A stretch of 16,998 bases of DNA from a virus (Duplodnaviria > Heunggongvirae > Uroviricota > Caudoviricetes): IMG/VR virus record IMGVR_UViG_3300020049_008481; one strand, written 5' to 3'. The position numbers and the translations under genes were made by a program. This document shows positions 1 through 5,909 of this stretch, one piece after another; within the stretch, counting starts at the first letter, position 1, and each line of letters starts with the position of its first letter. A model generated the notes under the pieces. It was not told where the DNA came from, made no database searches, and worked only from the letters and a program-made list of their open reading frames with translations.

Positions 1-211
1 ACACACTAGGTTGGCAAAGAGTGAGACAGCCAACCAAGACGGGAAAGCCGAGCGACCCGGAAGCCACAAGGGCGACCGGGCCGACGACCGACACACTAGG
101 TTGGCAAAGAGTGAGACAGCCAACCAAGACGGGAAAGCCGAGCGACCCGGAAGCCACAAGGGCGACCGGGCCGACGACCGACACACTAGGTTGGCAAAGA
201 GTGAGACAGCC
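1..211. repeat. 90-bp exact tandem repeat (copies 1-90, 91-180, partial 181-211); the array may continue left of the window
   Basis: The unit beginning ACACACTAGGTTGGCAAAGAGTGAGACAGC recurs at 1, 91 and 181 with identical intervening sequence. Each unit contains a GGTTGGC/GCCAACC stem around a 13-nt loop. Confidence 0.97.
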
Positions 212-475
212 TACCGGGCGAGCAGTTCGGCCACCCGGTAGGAACCATCCCGGATGGAACCACGTCGCACCAGTGCCCCGTCCTTGCACAACCGGCCAAG
301 GGTAGCGACCGAACAGCCAAGGAATGCCATCGCATCGGACGCACTGCACCAATCAGCCGCGTCCATGCCATCCAGCCGGGATGAATCGGCTGTTGTGCCC
401 TTGTTCTTGGCTCGCTTCTGGGGCGTCGTGCCGTCCGCACATACGTCAAGTAACCGTCAATAGAGTCTCAACAGT

Positions 476-1990
476 ACGGCTTTGCTAAGGAGGCAGAGCC
501 TATCTGTGGACATTCTGTTGTCCAGATAGAACACGTTTCGCCAACGTGACTATTACTCGGCATCCTTGCGAGGATATCGAGACATTCCATTGTTAGGTTA
601 TTCTCCTTTGGAATGAGGCTCCTTGTCAGTAATATCGACAAGAGGTGAACCTAGTATCTCCGAAATAACAGGATAGGTTCGCTCCCCACGTGCGTTTAGA
701 GGTATTGTCCCTACACTCGCCATAGCGGCGTGACCTGGACTGCCACCACTCATAGGCCACATATCGCCAACGTGAGTAGGTGTCTAGTCAAATCAGTGTC
801 ACTTTAGGACATTACCCCCGTCCTAGTGGGGTTTGGTTGTCAGGTGAGATAGGCTGAAAGTTGCTTGTCTCACTCTTTGGCAACCTGTTGTGTCGGATCG
901 GTTCGGCTTTCGGTCGCGCTAATTCGGCATGCCCTAGGTTTAGGTAGCGTTGTCATAACGCCTAGGGGAAACTATCTGAATCAGCAAGTGAATCAGATAG
1001 ATCGCAGTAGGAAAGGGAGACGCACATACATAATATCCCTACTGCGTGCGTGCTAGTACGCTAAGACTAGATACAAGGGTGACATTCCCTATAGGTACAT
1101 CACGTTTCACCTATGACACAAATGACGTGAGAACGACACTACCCTAGCGCCCATGAATCGGTCGTATAGGCATCAGGTGTGGGCTGAAACCTAACGAAGA
1201 TTAGGCATGTAGTACCGGGTGATACCGGAATGCTGAAACACAATAGGTGAACGCTAGAATGTGCAGTCAAGACCGAGAAACCTTGGCTGTGCAGCGTGAG
1301 GAATAGTTTAGAAGAGCATTCCTCAGAACCTAAGGCGTGAGGGTATACCCTACCTAATCAGTAGGGTATTTGGCAACCCTTGCAATATAGGTGAGCGGTC
1401 TTTCCTATGGCGAAGATGGGATAGACATAACATAGCCTCTATAACTAAGACCTAGTGAAAGAGTCGATGCTCACATGCTACATGTGACTTCTAACTAGAC
1501 TTGGGGTATTCACAAGAACCCTGGGCCTAAACGTGAAGTGTGTGAGTAATGTTCGGGAACGAAGTCCCATAAGTAGAGGAAATCCAAGTTCGGGTAGACA
1601 TATGCCGGATGAGGATAATCGGATTAGGAATCTTCGGATACCTTCGCTGCACCGATCGGTAGGAATACCATACTGTTTCGGAATAATGTAGCAATCTGGT
1701 TACCCTTAGCAACAGAAGGCACAGTGGGCCGAACGAGGATTCACGGGGTTCTAGCGAATCTCTGCAACTAGCCTGGGGCAGCCAGCAACATACTGCCACG
1801 AAAGTTAGGCGTCTGGTCATATCGCTGCTATGACTACAGGTTGCATCATACCTGGGGTGAGAAATGATGCAATGCGCACTAGCATACGGCTTAGAGTTGG
1901 CGCAGTCATAATCTAAGCATGAGCAATAGGCTCCCTCTCATAGAAGCAACGGGGCCTGTGTCGGTCAGTTGAGCATACTGACAGAAGTAA
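476..1990 (+). ncRNA. Candidate large structured ncRNA (family not recognised; boundaries approximate)
   Basis: No ORF of 100 aa or more lies inside, and the short ORFs lack RBS and codon bias. About 20 hairpins were found by eye, e.g. 478-485/493-500, 532-537/543-548, 583-589/609-615, 647-653/674-680, 932-938/961-967, 972-979/993-1000, 1003-1011/1038-1046, 1297-1304/1318-1325, 1345-1353/1361-1369, 1471-1477/1481-1487, 1841-1849/1864-1872. The strand is inferred from G-U pairs and the flanking genes. Confidence 0.7.
861..920 (-). repeat. Diverged inverted copy of ~55 nt of the 90-bp repeat unit
   Basis: The reverse complement of 866-896 (CCGACACAACAGGTTGCCAAAGAGTGAGACA) matches the repeat (CCGACACACTAGGTTGGCAAAGAGTGAGACA) at 28 of 31 positions. 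Gapped similarity extends to about 920. Confidence 0.9.
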
Positions 1991-1997
1991 ATGCTCC

Positions 1998-2053
1998 GGT
2001 ATGTGGCAGAAGTTGGTGCCAGAGTTTCCGTTCGACCCGGAGGCATACCGCCA
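1998..2053 (+). ncRNA. tRNA-like element lacking an anticodon arm (56 nt, CCA encoded)
   Basis: Acceptor stem GGTATGT(1998-2004)/GCATACC(2043-2049), G discriminator and CCA (2051-2053). Canonical T-arm TTCCG-TTCGACC-CGGAG (2026-2042). Only one D-like hairpin, GGCA-GAAGTTGG-TGCC (2005-2020), lies in between. Confidence 0.8.
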
Positions 2054-2099
2054 TGCGTAGTAGATAGCTGCGCAGTGGCTAGCAGGAGCAAGTGCCCAA

Positions 2100-2624
2100 A
2101 TGAGCAAGAACATCACCTGGGTCGATTCCCCGACCCTCAAGCAGAACGTCCTCAACGGGGTCGAGGGAGCAGCCGACATGTGTCGGGATCGGCTCCTGAA
2201 CAACTCGATCCGGGCGTTCGCCGTGGACTACCTCGTCACGGCGATGGAGTCCGTGGGGGAGCCGTTCCGGCTCGGCAAGGCGAACGAGGCGAAGCTCAAG
2301 AGCTTCCGTGCCTCTGCAGCCAGCGCCCGTCCGGTCAAGTCCGCCGAAGAGAAGCAGGCCATCTCCGAGGCGCAGGACAAGCGTGCCGAGTCCGCCCTGT
2401 TCGGCACCTGGATGTATCGCCAGGACACCCCGATCGCCCGGTGGGAGGCGCTGGAGTTCTTCGGCGTCGAGGCCGCACGTGAGGACACCATCGTCAAGTA
2501 CGCCGCCCAGAAGGCGAAGTACCTGTCGGTCGAGGCCAACCAGAAGGCGTACAACGCCCGCAAGGAGGCCCGCACGGAGCTGATCGAGCAGTTCCGTGAC
2601 GAGTCCGCCGAGGCGGCTGCCTGA
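2100..2624 (+). CDS. Hypothetical protein, 174 aa, Ala/Lys/Glu-rich and probably helical
   Basis: AGGAG RBS upstream, very strong GC3 codon bias with no TTA/ATA/AGA codons, and a terminator hairpin downstream. Confidence 0.9.
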   Translation: MSKNITWVDSPTLKQNVLNGVEGAADMCRDRLLNNSIRAFAVDYLVTAMESVGEPFRLGKANEAKLKSFRASAASARPVKSAEEKQAISEAQDKRAESALFGTWMYRQDTPIARWEALEFFGVEAAREDTIVKYAAQKAKYLSVEANQKAYNARKEARTELIEQFRDESAEAAA

Positions 2625-2643
2625 TCCATCCGAAGCTGTCAGA

Positions 2644-2673
2644 CCTGGGGAGGGGAGCAATCCTCTCCCCAGG
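2644..2673 (+). terminator. GC-rich hairpin terminator (no U-tract)
   Basis: 13-bp stem CCTGGGGAGGGGA/TCCTCTCCCCAGG (one G-U pair) with a GCAA tetraloop, 20 nt after the stop of 2100-2624. Confidence 0.7.
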
Positions 2674-2677
2674 CAGG

Positions 2678-2705
2678 CTGACAACCGTCAGTGTCCAGCT
2701 ATAAC
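2678..2705 (+). promoter_or_regulatory. Possible sigma70-type promoter
   Basis: CTGACA (2678-2683), 16-nt spacer, TATAAC (2700-2705), directly after the terminator. The -10 overlaps a 16-bp inverted repeat. Confidence 0.35.
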
Positions 2706-3228
2706 AGCCCTAGTTACGCTTGCGATGGGTTTGAGCAGCGTAGTAAGTGGGAGTGGTGTCCCCACTAGGGCTGTTATAGGTGCATACCGGCATTGGTTGC
2801 ACTAGCGAAAGGGGAGTGATCCTAAATGGCCTAGTTTCTTCTTTCTCACCTAACATACGACATCCCTGCGGATCGCTAGTATCCAGCAGGTTCAACCTCG
2901 CTTGAGGCTTGCCGTTGTAACTCGTCCGAAAGGATAGGGCTGCAGGACACAAGTAGATTCCTGGCCTCCTGAGTAGGGAGTTGCATAAAGGCAAATGCGC
3001 CATAGTGGCAACCCTATGGGAATCAAAGTTGCATACGGGTTTCCTGCTTTGCCCAAATCTAAAGCAGGTGGTGGAAGCGGACTCTACACGAGTCAGCCCC
3101 AAAGGCGATCAAGAAATGCTATCTCCCCCCTGGAATAGCTGCCTTGTACTGATCTGGAAGCCGTGCACGGTAAAGGGGGCCTTTCTCTGGCAGCTTTGAG
3201 CGCCGATGATTTACCCAAACACCCAACA
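2699..3228 (+). ncRNA. Second candidate structured ncRNA (~530 nt; family not recognised)
   Basis: No credible CDS. Perfect 16-bp stem 2699-2714/2764-2779. Other stems: 2865-2869/2886-2890, TCC-GAAA-GGA at 2925-2934, 3000-3005/3014-3019, 3043-3050/3061-3068, 3080-3084/3090-3094, and long-range 3025-3032/3190-3197 and 3169-3174/3210-3215. Confidence 0.6.
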
Positions 3229-3241
3229 AGGAGCAAGTGCC

Positions 3242-3481
3242 ATGAATACCCTCGTCCCGTTCCTCGTCCAGACCGTCCACACCGAGAAGGGCAACACCCT
3301 CTCCGGTGAGACGGCGAAGCGCCAGGTGCCGTCCAGCCGTGTGGTCATGGCCACCAGCAAGAAGCTGGCCATCGACCTCGCCATCGAGGCGCATCGGGAG
3401 CAGTTCTTCCTCGCCCCGACCGTCTGCATCCTGTCCAACGGATGCTTCGCCAAGCCGAGCCGTGTCCCGGTTCCGGCCTGA
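3242..3481 (+). CDS. Hypothetical protein, 79 aa
   Basis: AAGGAG RBS before the ATG at 3242 and strong GC3 bias. The ORF track's upstream start at 3206 is unlikely. Confidence 0.85.
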   Translation: MNTLVPFLVQTVHTEKGNTLSGETAKRQVPSSRVVMATSKKLAIDLAIEAHREQFFLAPTVCILSNGCFAKPSRVPVPA

Positions 3482-3635
3482 CCGCAAGCTGCGGTTGGAA
3501 GCAGCACGCAACATCCGTAAGGCGACCGACCCAAACTTCGGCAAGCGTCGTCCGACTGCCTTGGATGTGAACAAGTCCAGGGCTTTCATGGACAAGAACG
3601 CCTGTCGAAGCCGATTCAGCAAGAACTGGGAGTAG
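3462..3635 (+). CDS. Small basic hypothetical protein, 57 aa (weak ArfA-like resemblance)
   Basis: GTG start overlapping the upstream gene. It fills the gap 3481-3640 and has phage-like codon use. The start position is uncertain. Confidence 0.55.
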   Translation: MSRFRPDRKLRLEAARNIRKATDPNFGKRRPTALDVNKSRAFMDKNACRSRFSKNWE

Positions 3636-3639
3636 AGTC

Positions 3640-3795
3640 ATGGATGAAGAAGAAGCCCTTCAGATCCTCATCGAAGCAGCCAGCAGCCACGCCTACTACC
3701 TCGATTCCAGGGGTTACAAGGAGTTCTCTGGCTTCCGGCAGGAGATGGAACGTATCCACCAGGCGATCAGCGTGATCGAGAGGAACCTGTCATGA
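3640..3795 (+). CDS. Hypothetical protein, 51 aa (MDEEEALQIL...)
   Basis: Open frame translated by hand, with an ATGA overlap to the next gene. Confidence 0.75.
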   Translation: MDEEEALQILIEAASSHAYYLDSRGYKEFSGFRQEMERIHQAISVIERNLS

Positions 3796-3941
3796 CAACC
3801 AAGACGTTCACCTGCACGGAAGGTCATGAGTCATGGTCCCCGAAGCAGCCCAGCAAGTGCCCACACGCCCCGAAGGGCGTACCGTGCAAGGCCACTCTGA
3901 GCCAGACGGGTGGCCCAGGAAGCCGTGGAGGCAAGTCATGA
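3792..3941 (+). CDS. Small putative Zn-ribbon protein, 49 aa (C-x3-H...C...C)
   Basis: ATGA overlaps at both ends; MTTKTFTCTEGHESW...KCPH...PCKA. Confidence 0.75.
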   Translation: MTTKTFTCTEGHESWSPKQPSKCPHAPKGVPCKATLSQTGGPGSRGGKS

Positions 3942-4240
3942 GCCGCAGGCTTCATCCCGACATGCTCCGTTCGCTCATCGGGGGCGGTGTCGCTGTCGTC
4001 ACCACCCCCATCACGTTCTCGATGCTCGTAGCATCCCTGCTCAACGGGAACACGCTGCTCGGGATCGTAGCCCTGCTCGGATTCACTCTCCAGTGTATCG
4101 GGATCGCTGCCCCATTCATCACCTGGGGCAACGGTGACGTGTGGATAGTCGAACGAACTGCCCGCCAGAAGGCACGAGACGAACTGGCTGCAACACTTCA
4201 GCCAGTTGTGATCGACCCATCACACTACGTGGGGCCATAA
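3938..4240 (+). CDS. Membrane protein, 100 aa, about 2 TM segments
   Basis: The ATGA overlap gives a start at 3938. Long hydrophobic stretches. Confidence 0.75.
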   Translation: MSRRLHPDMLRSLIGGGVAVVTTPITFSMLVASLLNGNTLLGIVALLGFTLQCIGIAAPFITWGNGDVWIVERTARQKARDELAATLQPVVIDPSHYVGP

Positions 4241-4249
4241 GGAGACATC

Positions 4250-4468
4250 ATGTCTGTGCAAGTGGAAGTCAAAGACGCAAACGGATTCACGACAGGGTTC
4301 GTGGCCGTTGGGACGCTCACCGAACGTGAGCAGTTCCTGCAAGCACGAGACTTGCGGGAAGGCGAAACATCCAGAGAAACCACTGGCCTCGTCCGGTCCT
4401 ACCGGATGAATGGCAACTGGGACATCTTCCGTGACGGGAAATACCTGTTCACATACTGGACCGGATAG
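4250..4468 (+). CDS. Hypothetical protein, 72 aa
   Basis: AAGGAG RBS and codon bias. Confidence 0.85.
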   Translation: MSVQVEVKDANGFTTGFVAVGTLTEREQFLQARDLREGETSRETTGLVRSYRMNGNWDIFRDGKYLFTYWTG

Positions 4469-4477
4469 GAGAGATTC

Positions 4478-4750
4478 TTGTCAGCAGACAACTACATCCT
4501 CATTCGCAACCATCATGGTGGGCTGCTTACCACGATGGAATCCTTCTCTGCCGATGAACCATCAGATGCGGAAGAAGCATGGCAGCGTGCGCTCTCTGAC
4601 AAGTCCAGGTTCGCAGATGGATTCTTCAACCTGTCCGAGCAGGCCGAAGATTGGGTGGACTACCTGTATGATGATTACGATGATCATGGGGTGTTCATCG
4701 AGTACGGTCCTGATTGGCAAACCAATGACAGAAAGGACTCATTCACATGA
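4478..4750 (+). CDS. Acidic hypothetical protein, 90 aa (TTG start)
   Basis: AGGAGAG RBS and an ATGA overlap with the next gene. Confidence 0.8.
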   Translation: MSADNYILIRNHHGGLLTTMESFSADEPSDAEEAWQRALSDKSRFADGFFNLSEQAEDWVDYLYDDYDDHGVFIEYGPDWQTNDRKDSFT

Positions 4751-5086
4751 GTTACCATGTAGCAACGCACAAGGCAGACGACATCGTTGTCCGTGATGGC
4801 ACAGTGACTGCCCTGGGTGTCACTCGGCATCTAGCAAAGCCACCGGCAATGCCCGTGATCGGCAAAGATTTCTGGGTTGTTGTTCGCAGCCCGTGGGGAC
4901 CCAGCCAGTTCAACCTGGGTCGAGTGGTGGGTTTCCCCCGGTGCGCGGCACGAACGTGCCCAACCCACTGTCAAGCCCAAGCCGGTCAAGCCCGCCAGGC
5001 CACAGTTCAAGTTCGGACTCCCCACTGGCATTATCGGTCGGGACACGCTGGCAGATCGCCTGCTGGCAGGAACCTTCCCAGCCTGA
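4747..5086 (+). CDS. Hypothetical protein apparently split by a +1 frameshift at TTTCCCCC (4932-4939)
   Basis: After 4939 the phage-typical codon usage moves to the +1 frame, which ends at TGA 5084-5086 overlapping an ATG at 5086. Confidence 0.55.
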
Positions 5087-5331
5087 TGGCAGCATGTCTG
5101 AGTGCCAGGGCGGTCACTCTTGCCCTACGTCACAAGTTCGAAGGTGCAGAAGAACGTACCTACACGGTCATCTGTCCGAGCGGTTGGTCCAAGTCAACTT
5201 TCCTCAAGTACGTGCGGAGATACCATCCACATGAGACTGCAAGGATCGTAGAATGGCCTCAGCCGAGCCAGTGGCTTGTGAACCCTGACGGGTACGAGAA
5301 CTACAGAACAGGAACAGGATGGACTGAATGA
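5086..5331 (+). CDS. Hypothetical protein, 81 aa (MAACLSARAV...)
   Basis: TGATG coupling at 5084-5088 and an ATGA overlap with the phosphoesterase. It forms the 3' part of the track's 194-aa ORF. Confidence 0.6.
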   Translation: MAACLSARAVTLALRHKFEGAEERTYTVICPSGWSKSTFLKYVRRYHPHETARIVEWPQPSQWLVNPDGYENYRTGTGWTE

Positions 5332-5897
5332 GCAACATCTTCTACACCTCGGATCTTCACTTCTCACACACCAACATCCTCACCTACTGCAATCGCCCTT
5401 GGGACAGCGTCCTCGAGATGAACGAGGGGCTGATTGACAACTGGAACAGCGTCGTTGGTGCAGATGACATCACCTACATCATCGGTGATGTGTGTATGGG
5501 CCGACGTGATGAGACTGTCCCGTTGGTGTCCCGGCTGAACGGACGCAAGATCCTGATCCCTGGGAACCACGATGACTGCCATCCCATGTACGCTTCCCGG
5601 AACAACTTTGTGAGGCGTTGTGTGTTGTACTCTGAGCACATGGAGATTACAGAAGTGCAGGGAGTTATTGACACGCCCCCTGTAGCTTCAGTATGTCACT
5701 TCCCTTTCGCTGGGTCAGGTGACCACACAGACGAGGAACGCTACACGGAATGGCGTCCAGTAGACCACGGCCAATGGCTGATCCACGGTCATATCCATGA
5801 CCTATGGAAGCAGAATGGCCGCATGATCAACGTAGGTGTGGACGTTTGGGATTACCGCCCTGTCCACACCGATCAGCTCTTGGAGTTGATGAGCTAG
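5328..5897 (+). CDS. Calcineurin-like metallophosphoesterase
   Basis: Motifs SDLHFSH, GDV, GNHD, CH and HGHIH appear in canonical order. Confidence 0.93.
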   Translation: MSNIFYTSDLHFSHTNILTYCNRPWDSVLEMNEGLIDNWNSVVGADDITYIIGDVCMGRRDETVPLVSRLNGRKILIPGNHDDCHPMYASRNNFVRRCVLYSEHMEITEVQGVIDTPPVASVCHFPFAGSGDHTDEERYTEWRPVDHGQWLIHGHIHDLWKQNGRMINVGVDVWDYRPVHTDQLLELMS

Positions 5898-5909
5898 AAA
5901 GGCAACAAC

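Noticed and set aside
1-211. CRISPR array
   Set aside because: The units are identical over the full 90 bp with no unique spacers, and there are no cas genes in the window.
11-305. Repeat proteins from ORFs 11..241 and 21..305
   Set aside because: The frames are open only because the 90-bp T-poor unit lacks stops, and there is no RBS. A gene starting left of the window cannot be excluded.
1576-1990. RNase P RNA (GAGGAAATCC at 1576, GCAACAGAAG, TGAGAAA, GAGCAA, GACAGAAG in roughly the expected order)
   Set aside because: The essential P4 pairing (AAGUCCGGG/CCCGGCUU-type) cannot be formed: CR-I is imperfect and CGGCTTA lies out of order. A cmscan run should confirm this.
476-1990. Group I or group II intron
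   Set aside because: No flanking exons or interrupted gene, no recognisable domain V, the putative P7 (GACTA/CAGTC) is mismatched, and there is no RT or homing endonuclease.
1998-2053. tmRNA tRNA-like domain
   Set aside because: There is no G3:U70 and the discriminator is G rather than A. Both acceptor strands are contiguous with no tag reading frame between them, and the order does not match permuted tmRNA.
2079-2684. Minus-strand ORFs 2079..2684, 2228..2629, 3119..3622 and 6047..6604
   Set aside because: They are antisense shadows of GC3-biased + strand genes that have clear RBSs.
2886-2902. T-arm of another tRNA-like element (GGTTCAACC)
   Set aside because: There is no G53:C61-closed stem and no acceptor or CCA nearby.
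4747-5331. A single 194-aa protein as given by the ORF track
   Set aside because: The middle third has atypical codons, while the +1 frame is phage-like and ends in TGATG coupling. Two genes plus a frameshift or indel fits better.
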